NCBI GenBank assembly: GCA_051546255.1
Contig: CP128817.1
Span: 930,001 to 994,000 of the forward strand
From: Meyerozyma guilliermondii
Lineage: Eukaryota
Direction of reading: 5' to 3'
DNA: 64,000 nucleotides
The number at the start of each line of letters is the position of its first letter. Positions within the stretch are counted from its first letter, which is position 1. Positions 53,171 through 63,393 of this stretch are shown piece after piece. Made by a program: the position numbers and the translations under genes. The notes below the pieces were generated by a model that did not search any database, was not told the DNA's origin, and saw nothing but the letters and a program-made list of their open reading frames with translations.

Positions 53171-53974
53171 ATGTTAATTTTGGCAGCTGGTGACTTGTAC
53201 ATTCCTGACCGTGCTGTTGACATCCCCGACAAGTTTCGCAAACTCCTCTGTCCCAATCCCACCTCCAAACCTACAAACAGCAAACTATCCAAGGTATTAT
53301 GTTTGGGAAACTTGACCAATTCGTGGTCTTCATTGCAATTTCTACACGACCTTAGCCCGGCTTTTCATCTTGTAAAGGGTGAGTTTGACGATGAAAACAT
53401 CTTGAGCCAGCAATTGACTCGATTATCTGACGATGTGGAGTCTTCTATAATGCAAAAGAACCAAACCGTCCCACAAGTCCAAATAGTTTCTCATGATAAT
53501 TTGAAGATAGGGTTCACCAATGGGTACCAGATCGTGCCCAGAAACGACCCACTTTCCTTGCTGACATTGGCTCGTGAATTGGACGTTGACATCTTGATTT
53601 GGGGAGGAACTCACAAAGTCGAGGCGTACACTTTGGACGGGAAATTTTTCATAAATCCGGGTAGTATAACGGGGGCATTTTCGTTTGACTGGCCGGAGGA
53701 GGAGCAAGAAGAGAAAGAGGAAAAAGAAGAGGAGGAAAAAGAAGAAAAAGAAGAAGAAAAAGAGGAAAAAGAGAAAGAAGAAAGTGAAGTCGAGGAAAAA
53801 TCGGAAGAGGATCACAAAATCGCGGACAATGGCTCGTATCTTACCGAGGAGCTCTCGTCGTCGGTGCCTTCTTTCTGTCTTCTTGATGTGCGCGAGTCGG
53901 GGTGTACCGTGTACATTTATACATATTTAAATGACGAAGTGAAGGTAGACAAGGTGAGCTACCAAAAGGAATAA
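53171..53974 (+). CDS. VPS29: Retromer subunit Vps29 with a Glu/Lys-rich insertion
   Basis: MLILAAGDLYIPDRA, LCLGN, VKGEFD, ARELDVDILIWGGTH, FINPGSITGA. Confidence 0.93.
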   Translation: MLILAAGDLYIPDRAVDIPDKFRKLLCPNPTSKPTNSKLSKVLCLGNLTNSWSSLQFLHDLSPAFHLVKGEFDDENILSQQLTRLSDDVESSIMQKNQTVPQVQIVSHDNLKIGFTNGYQIVPRNDPLSLLTLARELDVDILIWGGTHKVEAYTLDGKFFINPGSITGAFSFDWPEEEQEEKEEKEEEEKEEKEEEKEEKEKEESEVEEKSEEDHKIADNGSYLTEELSSSVPSFCLLDVRESGCTVYIYTYLNDEVKVDKVSYQKE

Positions 53975-54514
53975 TTACGCCTGAACCGACGAATAATGGA
54001 GCAAAAACTCCTTTTTGATCTTTTCCCAGTTGTGAGGATCAAAGAATATATATACCCCCTTTTCCACATCTTGACTAATGAGCACTGGTTCTACATTGCT
54101 GTCTTTGGTGAGCCACACCTGAATATCTTTATGGTAACGCCAGTTTCGTGCCACCAATTCTCGGGCTGCGTACTCTTGTAATGTATCTCTGGGCTTCATG
54201 TAAAAGATGTAGAACAAGGTTTCGTCGGAAAATGACAGGATTTTGAGATCACAAGGTTCAGGTGGAGGATGGACATTTTCCGCTCGAATCGACTCAGGAA
54301 TGGAGAATGCTGGTTCTACGTCCGACCTCGATGTTTCGGCCCACGGCGAAGCCATATTGACTAGTATTTGAGAGTCGCTCGATAAATCTAGTCCCAACAA
54401 GTTGACATCTTGTCCTATTGCGAAGGTTGTTTTCTCGTTTTGTTCCATTTTTGCAAGTGAAGCTAGGCCACGGAGGCCAAACTTTTCCATATCGTCTGGG
54501 CTGGTCGGCGTCAT
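53975..54514 (-). CDS. CDC36: CCR4-NOT subunit Not2/Cdc36
   Basis: MEKFGL, FSDETLFYIFY..P.D.LQ, RNWRYHK, FFDPHNWEK (NOT box). Confidence 0.9.
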   Translation of the reverse strand: MTPTSPDDMEKFGLRGLASLAKMEQNEKTTFAIGQDVNLLGLDLSSDSQILVNMASPWAETSRSDVEPAFSIPESIRAENVHPPPEPCDLKILSFSDETLFYIFYMKPRDTLQEYAARELVARNWRYHKDIQVWLTKDSNVEPVLISQDVEKGVYIFFDPHNWEKIKKEFLLHYSSVQA

Positions 54515-54827
54515 GAGGCCAGGAGGGGCTATATGGGAGTGGTTGGAGTGTGAATTTGAGTCTGTGACTTGACCAGTTGAAGATTCGGCGCGGGGTGTGT
54601 GCAGGAAAAAGAATAGAGAAACAGAAGAAAAGAAGAGGAACAGAAAACAAAAAAAAATTACAAAAATAGTGAAAGGGAGTAGATCGCCAATTTCAGGTAA
54701 TAAGACAGAACAACAAAACAGAACTTAATCTCATTTTCCATTGAATTTTTCATTAAATTACCATATTCTTCTTCTCCACTCTTGCTCTCTATGCACTCCA
54801 TATATTCGCAGCATCGCTCATCTCTTC

Positions 54828-55403
54828 ATGCACCGTTTATACCCCAATATTATCATCACAGGAACCCCTGGATGCGGCAAAACCTCACATGCCGAGAGCT
54901 TGAAGGACCAGCTAGGCGAACCGTACCAGCACTTCAATATAAGTGACTTGGCCAAGGAGCGGAAATGTCTTGAAGAATATGATGAAAATCTCGACACTTG
55001 GGTCGTCGATGAGGATAAGCTTTTAGACTCTTTGGAGCCAGATATGGAAAAAGGTGGTATAGTAGTGGACTGGCACTGCTGTGAAGTGTTTCCTGAAAGA
55101 CTTATAGACTTGGTGGTTGTTTTGAGAACAGACAACTCCATATTGCACCAACGCTTAACCAAGCGTGGATACAAAGATAACAAGATTCAAGAGAATTTGG
55201 ACTGTGAAATCATGCAAGTGATTTTGCAGGAAGCACGCGACAGCTACATTCCTGAAATAGTGATTGAATTGCGGTCAGATAGTGTGGAAGAAATGGAGGA
55301 GAATGTGGAGAGAATTGCAGCTTGGGTAGAAAACTGGCGAGCTGATCATCCCAATGGGGTCAATAGTTCGTATGTCCCACAGGAAGAGGAGGAGGAAGAG
55401 TAA
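54828..55403 (+). CDS. FAP7: Adenylate kinase 6-family ATPase Fap7
   Basis: PNIIITGTPGCGKT, IVVDWH, IQENLDCEI. Confidence 0.93.
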   Translation: MHRLYPNIIITGTPGCGKTSHAESLKDQLGEPYQHFNISDLAKERKCLEEYDENLDTWVVDEDKLLDSLEPDMEKGGIVVDWHCCEVFPERLIDLVVVLRTDNSILHQRLTKRGYKDNKIQENLDCEIMQVILQEARDSYIPEIVIELRSDSVEEMEENVERIAAWVENWRADHPNGVNSSYVPQEEEEEE

Positions 55404-55527
55404 TAGAATAGTACAAAAAAGAGACCTCCAGTTATACAAAGAACAAGGATGCGAGACCATTAGTTGCCAAACCATTTATCGTCAATTCAGTAGTTATTAT
55501 ATGGTTCCTCATCAGTCATAATCATCT

Positions 55528-56403
55528 CTAGAAAAAAGCATGCACCACAAGTCGACGAACGTAATACAACACAGCTAAAACCAAAAGTGCCATCAACACA
55601 TAGGAACCCTTGGTCGCAGCTATATAAGACCACTTGCGAGAAAGTCTCACCAAATTGTGTCTTTCAAGTTCAGAAACACATTTGCCGTTTTGCTCAAAGA
55701 TATACTTGGACTCCTCGATAACTTCCAACTTTTGTTCTTCTGTCAATCCCGATCTCGTCAATAATTCATAATCACGCTTGTAGACCAATCTCAACAAATT
55801 CTCATCAGCAACATCAAAAGTGAAGAAATTTGTGCCCAACTTGACAATTTCTTCGTGCTTCAATCCATTCTTTTGTGGGAACAACCCAGTAGCTCTTGAT
55901 ATTGAAGATCTCATAATACGTCCGCCAGCAAATAACGCCAAATACATAACATGCAAATATGCAAGTAACAAGTATGGTTTATCATTAGAAGACTTGACGA
56001 TGTGGTTTACAAAATCAATTTGCTCCGACATCATTGGTTTTTCAAACTTTTCCCGGTTATCATCATAGTAAAACATGAGATCCTGCTCACATTTTTCTGT
56101 TCTGGCGATCTCTGGTTTCCAGATCTCATTCAACATATCCGACCATTCGTTATTAGCATTGATCTGTTCTTTCAAACAACGTTCAATCGTGGCGAAAACA
56201 TGATAAAAACTTTGTAATCCTTGACGATATATCTTAGGATCTCTTAACGCAAGTGCCAATTTGAGAGTCATCATCTTGTCGATTTTATTGTGTAAAGTAC
56301 GAGTTTCCTTATTGATACGGTTAGCCAAAGCACCCATATCAGTGGGCGCAGGCACAACTTCGTGCTGAGCAAGTTTGGTGGTGGCTCCACTTGTTTGTAC
56401 CAT
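55528..56403 (-). CDS. HMX1: Heme oxygenase
   Basis: LANRINKETRTLHNKID, HVMYLALFAGG, C-terminal TM anchor. Confidence 0.93.
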   Translation of the reverse strand: MVQTSGATTKLAQHEVVPAPTDMGALANRINKETRTLHNKIDKMMTLKLALALRDPKIYRQGLQSFYHVFATIERCLKEQINANNEWSDMLNEIWKPEIARTEKCEQDLMFYYDDNREKFEKPMMSEQIDFVNHIVKSSNDKPYLLLAYLHVMYLALFAGGRIMRSSISRATGLFPQKNGLKHEEIVKLGTNFFTFDVADENLLRLVYKRDYELLTRSGLTEEQKLEVIEESKYIFEQNGKCVSELERHNLVRLSRKWSYIAATKGSYVLMALLVLAVLYYVRRLVVHAFF

Positions 56404-56679
56404 TTTACGTGTTGTTAAAATGTGGAATCTGCGCTATATATACAGCCGACCGATAAGTCCGAAATGCGATGTCGGACCTGGTTTTGTGTAACTCGCGCAC
56501 ATATCGGAAAAATACGAGTAGCGCGTTCGTAGGACGCGGTACGAGAGTAGAGCCAAAATAATGTGAATGGATATGGATAGAGTGGATAATGGATATAAAT
56601 CGATTTAAACAAATATATGATTGATATAAATTTTGCAGTTTTGAGACTTTTAAAGGGTCTCGCATCACGTGACATGCGG

Positions 56680-58362
56680 CTAGTCAAAAAGCACAATCAA
56701 CATCTTTTTCCACCAGGGAGCCATTTTGTAGCGTTGATTGGCTTCTAGTGCCTCGATTTCAAGGATGTCGTGATCGGGAATGGTTCTGTCTTCGTCGATG
56801 TTTATATCCTGAACCTTAATGTATAGTTTCCAGTTTCTGGTCCAGAGCTTGTGTCCGATATAAAATACCAATAACACAATAGCACCAAGATAATTTTGGA
56901 AAAATGAGTTAGCGTCAGGTTTTGAGGCTCCAGCAGGGAAGAGGGCGACCCAGAATTGGCATACCAAGATCAATGAGTTGATTATAACCGATACCCATGA
57001 ACCAATTATACCTGTTGGAGAAACGTAGGCCAACGATTCCAACGGTATATTATTATACTTGAGAGCAGCTCTAAACCGAAGATGGCACACACTTATAGAG
57101 AGCCAAACGAATATGAAACTCAAAGCAGAAATGGATAAAAGCCAATTGAAGACGGTTTCTTCCTTGTGGTATGTTGCAATGAAAGAAAAGATAGACGAAG
57201 CAACAGTCACCAACCAACATCTTAAAGGTCTTCCTGATTTGTCAATGTAATCGAGGTACTTAGGAGCGTATCCCTGTTCTGCCAAAGATTGCAATAAACG
57301 AGTGGAAGAGTACATTCCAGCAGTTGCAACAGATGTCACCGATACCAAAATCACCGCATTGATAATATGAGGAAGAACTTTAACTCCATGCATTTCTGCG
57401 GCTATGACATATGGCGAGGCGTGAGTGGCATCTCCACCACTTCCCATTAAGCGGTCAGAAGTATATGGAACAAGAAGTCCCACCATTGCCAACGATCCCA
57501 TGAAAAGAATGGTGATTCGGTAAAACACAAGTTTACATGCTGCTGGAATTGCCTGCTGGGGATTTGTCTGCTCGGCAGCTGAGAGTGAAATGAACTCGGT
57601 TCCACCAAGGGAAAACGCTGAGGTGACAAAAACCGTACATAAACCTTTGAAATTGGTATATGCTCCCGGTTCTCTCCAATATTTTCCTCCAACAAATCCA
57701 TTGGGTCCACCACCAACGTCGATAATTATGCCGAAAATGACAAACCCAGACAACATTAGAACTTTGCACAGGTTCATAACGAACTCGGCTTCTCCATATC
57801 CACGAGCTCCACAAAGATTTATCAACACCACCACCACCAAAAAGATCACTACCCATACATCCGGGTTGATAGAAGTGTTCCAAAATTTGATGGTCATTGC
57901 AGCCGTCACCAATTCCAACGAAATAACCGTCATCCATTGAATACAATAGTTCCATCCAAGTGCAAACGCCATACTTTCGTCCATAAATTTCCGATAATAT
58001 CCATTGAAACCTCCAGAAATTTCATTATATGCCACCGATAATTCACTAACAGAATACATGGTGGGCACCAACATCAAGTACCCGACAATGGCATAGGCAA
58101 TCAACAAGAAAAGTGGACCAGCCGTTCGTAATTTGTCTCCAGCAGCAACCAATAATCCAGTTCCCAATCCGGTAGACATGGCTATAAGCCGCAAATGTCT
58201 TTTGCTAATAGCTTTGTCCATCTGAACATCATTGGGGTCCTGGCGTTGAAAAGAGTCTTTGAACCGAGCCCAGCGAGATGTTTCATAGCTAGTCCAGGAA
58301 TCCGCCTCGACAACATCTACAATCAATCCCAGATTAGTGGAGGTATCTTTCTTCTCAGTCAT
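56680..58362 (-). CDS. Yeast amino acid permease (YAT/APC family)
   Basis: RHLRLIAMSTGLGTGLLV, FALGWNY, GYGEAEF, FSLGGTE; about 12 TM segments. A further in-frame ATG lies at 58446. Confidence 0.9.
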   Translation of the reverse strand: MTEKKDTSTNLGLIVDVVEADSWTSYETSRWARFKDSFQRQDPNDVQMDKAISKRHLRLIAMSTGLGTGLLVAAGDKLRTAGPLFLLIAYAIVGYLMLVPTMYSVSELSVAYNEISGGFNGYYRKFMDESMAFALGWNYCIQWMTVISLELVTAAMTIKFWNTSINPDVWVVIFLVVVVLINLCGARGYGEAEFVMNLCKVLMLSGFVIFGIIIDVGGGPNGFVGGKYWREPGAYTNFKGLCTVFVTSAFSLGGTEFISLSAAEQTNPQQAIPAACKLVFYRITILFMGSLAMVGLLVPYTSDRLMGSGGDATHASPYVIAAEMHGVKVLPHIINAVILVSVTSVATAGMYSSTRLLQSLAEQGYAPKYLDYIDKSGRPLRCWLVTVASSIFSFIATYHKEETVFNWLLSISALSFIFVWLSISVCHLRFRAALKYNNIPLESLAYVSPTGIIGSWVSVIINSLILVCQFWVALFPAGASKPDANSFFQNYLGAIVLLVFYIGHKLWTRNWKLYIKVQDINIDEDRTIPDHDILEIEALEANQRYKMAPWWKKMLIVLFD

Positions 58363-58772
58363 GGTGGTTGCAAATTGAGAATATAATTTGAAGTCTCCGC
58401 AATTTGTTTTTCTGCCCCACACCCACCGACAGTGCAGCTGCGCCATTTAACCACTATGTCTGGGCTGCTATGCAGTAATAAGGCATTTTTGTTTTCGTTC
58501 GGCGTTTTTGGTGTTGTTCTGCCGGGCCTCCATAATGTTCAGGGTAATTACAAGCGAGGAAAATGAACGAAAAATTTGAACAGAAAAGATGGGCTATGGT
58601 TATTCCATGCGGTATCGCCGTTTCTTTGGGATCTTTTTCTATTTTTGATTTTAATTCTTGATTTCAATTTTGATTTCAATTTTGCTGGTGTTCTCCTACA
58701 CCTTGTTCTCAACGCTTTTTCCTGCACAAACGCACCAATTTTTCACTATTCTCGTTTCTTCTTACTAACACT

Positions 58773-59303
58773 ATGGTTCAGTTCTTTGAAACGGAAAACG
58801 AGTACAATCACGACTTTGCCACGGCTACTTTGGCATACCTCAACCGGTACCCAAATCCATATGCCAAGCATGTGCTTTCAAGTGATACATTGCTGCAAGA
58901 AATTGATAAAGACGGGAAATTACGGCTCACCCGGGTGGCTGTGAAAACCGGAAGACTCCCTAATTTTATCAAGCCGTTCTTGGGTACTCTGTTGGACTCC
59001 TGGATTGTCGAGAAGATCATTATTGATCCTAAAAACCTGGTTATGAAAACTTACAATTCCAATATCGACCACCAGAAATTCATCCGGGTAGAAGAATATT
59101 TGCATTATACTGCTACATCTGCCAATACTACAAAGGTAGGGGGTAAGGTGAAGTTCTCATCCAATTTCATTGGCTTCAAAAAGAAAATTGAAGATTGGAG
59201 CAAAAAACGGTTTACAGCAAATTTGAGTAATACTCGTATGGGATTGGCCCATGTTATGAACAATTTGCAACAGCGAAGATGGCAGAGCCGAACAGCTGCA
59301 TAG
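58773..59303 (+). CDS. UPS1: PRELI-family mitochondrial lipid transfer protein
   Basis: RYPNPYAKHVLSSDT, KTGRLP, VEEY. Confidence 0.88.
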   Translation: MVQFFETENEYNHDFATATLAYLNRYPNPYAKHVLSSDTLLQEIDKDGKLRLTRVAVKTGRLPNFIKPFLGTLLDSWIVEKIIIDPKNLVMKTYNSNIDHQKFIRVEEYLHYTATSANTTKVGGKVKFSSNFIGFKKKIEDWSKKRFTANLSNTRMGLAHVMNNLQQRRWQSRTAA

Positions 59304-59374
59304 ACCGTATATATTTATTTCTTGTATATGAATAACGAATTATGTTGACTAGCTTGTAATACACTGAGTCCAGC

Positions 59375-60094
59375 TCAATGTTTGCAATGCCATATTTGAA
59401 TCACTCCAATATGAGGTTGGAGGATATATGAATCCCAATTACAATCGTCTCCCAACCTGTCAGTATGGCAAGAGCACTTGCGGCTAGAGGTACTCATATA
59501 GCGACATTGTGTATCATCATCACAATCAAATACATCGCAACAATCATATGATTTCTTTGATAACAACTGGCTCTCATTTTTAATGGCTCCCATATTGACC
59601 GGTCCGTAGCTAGGGTCTTCGTCGTCGCCGGTAACATACCGTATACCATTGCGCTTATCTTCATTAATTCGGTCTAGATAAGCTTTATTTCCCATAAATT
59701 CACGGTCAAGTGATAGTTCTCTAGCTTTATCTAAGTCTAGTGTTCTATTTTGGTACTTGGGGTTGTCACTCTCGCGAAATGCAGAGAACATACCAATATA
59801 ATCACAGGTGGCATTAGGTGTTAAGCCAAGTTCTTTGAGTTTTTCAAGAATTTGTGAATCGGGAAATCGTGTCTCAATTTCGTCACTGATAGGGTTAAAA
59901 GTACCTAATGACTCATTAACGTGATTGAGTCCATAGTGTTGGATATAATGAGTGGTTTGATTATCAACTGTTGAATAGCTAATTTTTCCTGTTAAGTATA
60001 AATAAGCTTTGAGTTGTTCAGTTGATAATTCAGCACAGCTTGTCATGATAACTAGGTTCAATAAAATTGTAATCTTGACTAGATTACGTAACAT
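59375..60094 (-). CDS. Orphan secreted protein with an 8-Cys C-terminal domain
   Basis: 239-aa ORF, signal peptide MLRNLVKITILLNLVIMTSCA, N-glycosylation sequons, KK then a Cys-rich tail. TATAAAT about 60 nt upstream. Confidence 0.7.
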   Translation of the reverse strand: MLRNLVKITILLNLVIMTSCAELSTEQLKAYLYLTGKISYSTVDNQTTHYIQHYGLNHVNESLGTFNPISDEIETRFPDSQILEKLKELGLTPNATCDYIGMFSAFRESDNPKYQNRTLDLDKARELSLDREFMGNKAYLDRINEDKRNGIRYVTGDDEDPSYGPVNMGAIKNESQLLSKKSYDCCDVFDCDDDTQCRYMSTSSRKCSCHTDRLGDDCNWDSYILQPHIGVIQIWHCKH

Positions 60095-61263
60095 CACGAA
60101 TGGCTTTAGGTGATTCAGAAATACTGATGAAATCCGCTATCGTTAACTTGTATTTATAGTTAATGAGAGCGGGATTATAATCGAATATGCCCGGTTACTC
60201 GGATGTATAATTAAATGACAGTGGTTACACGGGGCTTGCTTTCAAAGCCATCGTATGACACCTGTCAAGTAGACAAGAAGGCCTTGGCCCACGGGCTACT
60301 TTGAGGAATTTCATCGACCGATATCGGCATAACAAAACCTTCCAACAATGACATCTCAAGGCTATAAAATTACATTCATTCGACTTGATTTGACATGTTC
60401 CCTGTACTGTAAATAATATTGGCCCTTTTGTTGAAAATAAAAGATGTCTCCACCCGAACACCTTGCAATCGAGCAGCTTAGATAATACGACCTATCATGG
60501 ATTGAATGAAGATGTTGCCCGATGGAGTTGACCCGAGGCTGAAATAAGAAAGCCACTTGTACCAAAAAGGACGCCACTTATTGAAGCCTCAAAAGGAATA
60601 CTAAAATTATCTTTATTCTAATCTGGAATATTTTCAACAACCTTTGTAGCCTCGAGTGAAATTGGACTCTTTCCACAAATCCCTAAGTTTCACTTTTTTC
60701 GGTTATAAATATGTGTTTATCTGTCATCGGAATCAACTTCATTATATTTTATGTCTTTAGCTATTAATTCCTAAGAAAACCTAACTTTACTAGATTTGAT
60801 TCTGTTCTTGATTCTGTTAGAATTGGCGGGGTTTCAAGACCGGATCAATACTGCATACTATGTCCTTCATGTGACTTGCCGCAGCGAGCGATAACGAATA
60901 GTACGACTCCACACTTGGCTATTTCTGAAACTTACGAATATTGCTGAAACCTTACCTTGCGTCAAATCTTAGTACCTGGTCTGTCTCCCAATAATAGTTA
61001 GTTTGGGTGGCGGTTCAGATTGCTAGTTGAAGATCCGAAAAGGAGAACAAAGTACGAGAATTGCTGCTCTTATATTGGTGGTTAGTTGGTATATTGGTGC
61101 TTAGTGAGAAAGCTGGTATAATAAGCTGGCCAAACTCTTAATTACTGGACAAATCTGTTCTTTGATTATCGCTAACATTGGAGTTTATTGAGTGGTGCTC
61201 TATTTATCCATTCATCCTTTTTGATCCATCTTGATCCTTATCCGTTGAGCTTTCCAGTTTGCC

Positions 61264-61851
61264 ATGGCCCAGGACATCCCCAAGTCGCCATCTGCTTCTC
61301 CATTCGCTTCTCCATGGCTGAGAAGAAGCTCATTCTTATCCCCCACCATGATTCAAAGCGAAGACATTTCCATCTATGAAACCCCCAATTTCATGGGGGG
61401 AGGAAACCACAGCATTATATCTCTCAAGGAGGCACAAGGGTTCATTTTCAACCAGGATTTGTTTGCCTCTCCATACCAGCAGCTGCAGGCGGCCGCTAGA
61501 GAACGACGACTCCGGGCTGCTAGTTTTAGCGACCAAAAACGTTCAACTAAAACAAATTCACTGCAGCAGCAAGGTATGGATCCGCGGAGAAGACACACAT
61601 CGTACGATAGTTGTCGACCGGTTTTTGTTACTAGTTACAGTAGAATGGACCACAACGAAAACGACGATGAAGATGACGATGTTTTCATGGATACGGTTGA
61701 AGATGAAAGCGACGAAGACTCTGACGAGAATCTAGACGAGTACGACGAAGTGGAAGACGATGGCCATTACGGGGGCTCTTCAGGCCAAAGATACAAGGTT
61801 CATGTGACGGAGATTGTGGTGGATAACGATAACAGTATATTTCCAGATTAG
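61264..61851 (+). CDS. Uncharacterised acidic, low-complexity protein
   Basis: 195-aa ATG-initiated ORF in good context; ISLKEAQGFIFNQDLFASPYQQ looks like a conserved fungal motif; RRSS/RRHTS PKA-like sites. Confidence 0.65.
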   Translation: MAQDIPKSPSASPFASPWLRRSSFLSPTMIQSEDISIYETPNFMGGGNHSIISLKEAQGFIFNQDLFASPYQQLQAAARERRLRAASFSDQKRSTKTNSLQQQGMDPRRRHTSYDSCRPVFVTSYSRMDHNENDDEDDDVFMDTVEDESDEDSDENLDEYDEVEDDGHYGGSSGQRYKVHVTEIVVDNDNSIFPD

Positions 61852-62023
61852 ATGGAAATTGGGCACTAGAGATATATGATTCATCTTTCCTCTTTCACTA
61901 GATTCTCTCTTCTTTCTACCATGCTTTTAGGATTTGTTTTAATAATTCATGGGATTTGTTTAATAATTTCAAGGCATTAATTATTCGCTACTCACAAATT
62001 ATTCGATTCGCAACTTTTCTCTG

Positions 62024-62365
62024 ATGGACAAAGAAGCATTTGAAAAACTCTCCCTAGAGTTCAGCAATGCCCAGAACCTGTTGAATGAGCTCATGAGTGC
62101 TCGTTCACAGCTCGAGACTCAGTACCAGGAAAACAAGATTGTTCTTGCAGAGTTTGAACACTTGAATAAAGACTCGAAAATATACAAATTGACAGGACCG
62201 GTCTTGTTACCACAGCAGTATGACGAGGCTAAATTGAACGTTAATAAGCGAATTGAGTTTATTGAAGGCGAGATCCAAAGGGTGGAGACCAAGATAGAAA
62301 GCGAACAGAAAAATATAGAAACGGCGAGGGAAAAGTTGGTGGCTCTTCGACAGGGAAAAGCATAA
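62024..62365 (+). CDS. YKE2: Prefoldin subunit 6
   Basis: QLETQYQENKIV, IYKLTGPVLLPQ, NVNKRIEFIEGEI. Confidence 0.92.
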   Translation: MDKEAFEKLSLEFSNAQNLLNELMSARSQLETQYQENKIVLAEFEHLNKDSKIYKLTGPVLLPQQYDEAKLNVNKRIEFIEGEIQRVETKIESEQKNIETAREKLVALRQGKA

Positions 62366-62549
62366 ATATAGAAGATGTAGCGAATAAAGGAATGGATAAC
62401 AGAAGTAAGAGTGAAACGCTAAAAGGACAAGCAGAAGAAAAATGATGAAAATGTTCATATCCAGTCGATTTCTCATGCTATTGAATTTTTCAGGTTTTCA
62501 GTTTTCAGGTTACTTAAATTTACTCTCAGATTTCCATTCTAAATACACT

Positions 62550-63287
62550 TTATCCCCTCGTCAACTGACTCTTGATCAAATTGACCAAGCTGACAGCATT
62601 GAACAATGTCCACTGTTCAACATTGTTGTATCCCGCACCCAAGTTGCGAAGCTCATCCACCTTACCATCTACAAAGTTATAAGTTGCTTTGAAATTTGAA
62701 GAAGAATCTTGCATCATAAACAACTCAGCACCCACGTAGATGGTAGAAATACCAAATCTTTTGGTGTACCATGCAAAATCATTCGATTCGTCTCCAGCAA
62801 AAAATGCAATATCATCAGCCAAAGCATGAAGCTCTCCCATAGATGTTTGGACATTATATGGGGTTACTAGTTGAGCCAAAGCTCCGCCTAAATGGTGTGC
62901 TACGGGCTCGTTGTACAGAAGTCGCTGTTTGAGCAAAAACATGGTTCTTTCGTACTCGTTGCTAATTTGATGAAATTCGTTGGATGGTTCCACAACGGAG
63001 TCGTTAAGTTTTTGTCGTTGCGATTGGAACCAGTATTTGACAAGCTGGAACTCGAGCGAGTCGCCGCTGGCAGAGCTGGTAAGCGCCAGAACGAGCGAGT
63101 CGGGATACTCTAGCTCTCTTATAGCCTGGGTGATACATAGAGAATCAAACCCATATTTGGGGATGTGTGTAATGGCTTGCTTAAGCACTACCGCGTCAAT
63201 ACCTTTAGTGCTTATGATCCTGGAGGGATGCTGGACCGAATGGTAGGCCCTGGAACCTTTTAAAAGATTTAAACTGGTTCTAAACAT
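62550..63287 (-). CDS. COQ9: Ubiquinone biosynthesis protein Coq9
   Basis: Mitochondrial presequence; LADDIAFFAGDESNDFAWYTKR, ELFMMQDSS. Confidence 0.92.
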   Translation of the reverse strand: MFRTSLNLLKGSRAYHSVQHPSRIISTKGIDAVVLKQAITHIPKYGFDSLCITQAIRELEYPDSLVLALTSSASGDSLEFQLVKYWFQSQRQKLNDSVVEPSNEFHQISNEYERTMFLLKQRLLYNEPVAHHLGGALAQLVTPYNVQTSMGELHALADDIAFFAGDESNDFAWYTKRFGISTIYVGAELFMMQDSSSNFKATYNFVDGKVDELRNLGAGYNNVEQWTLFNAVSLVNLIKSQLTRG

Positions 63288-63393
63288 GGACCAATGTGGA
63301 GTGGAACCATTCTTTTACTTCGCACCATGCTAGAGTTCAGGCCCGTGCACCCGCACATTAGAGTGCGATCTTCCTTTGGCTGTTCATTGACCT

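Noticed and set aside
58760..58782. TACTAAC just before the UPS1 ATG
   Set aside because: The ATG start already gives a typical Ups1 N-terminus, and no clear donor site was seen upstream.
61050..61185. Possible 5' UTR intron (GTACGA...GCTAAC...GAG) before the 61264 ORF
   Set aside because: All three signals are non-consensus; unsupported without RNA data.
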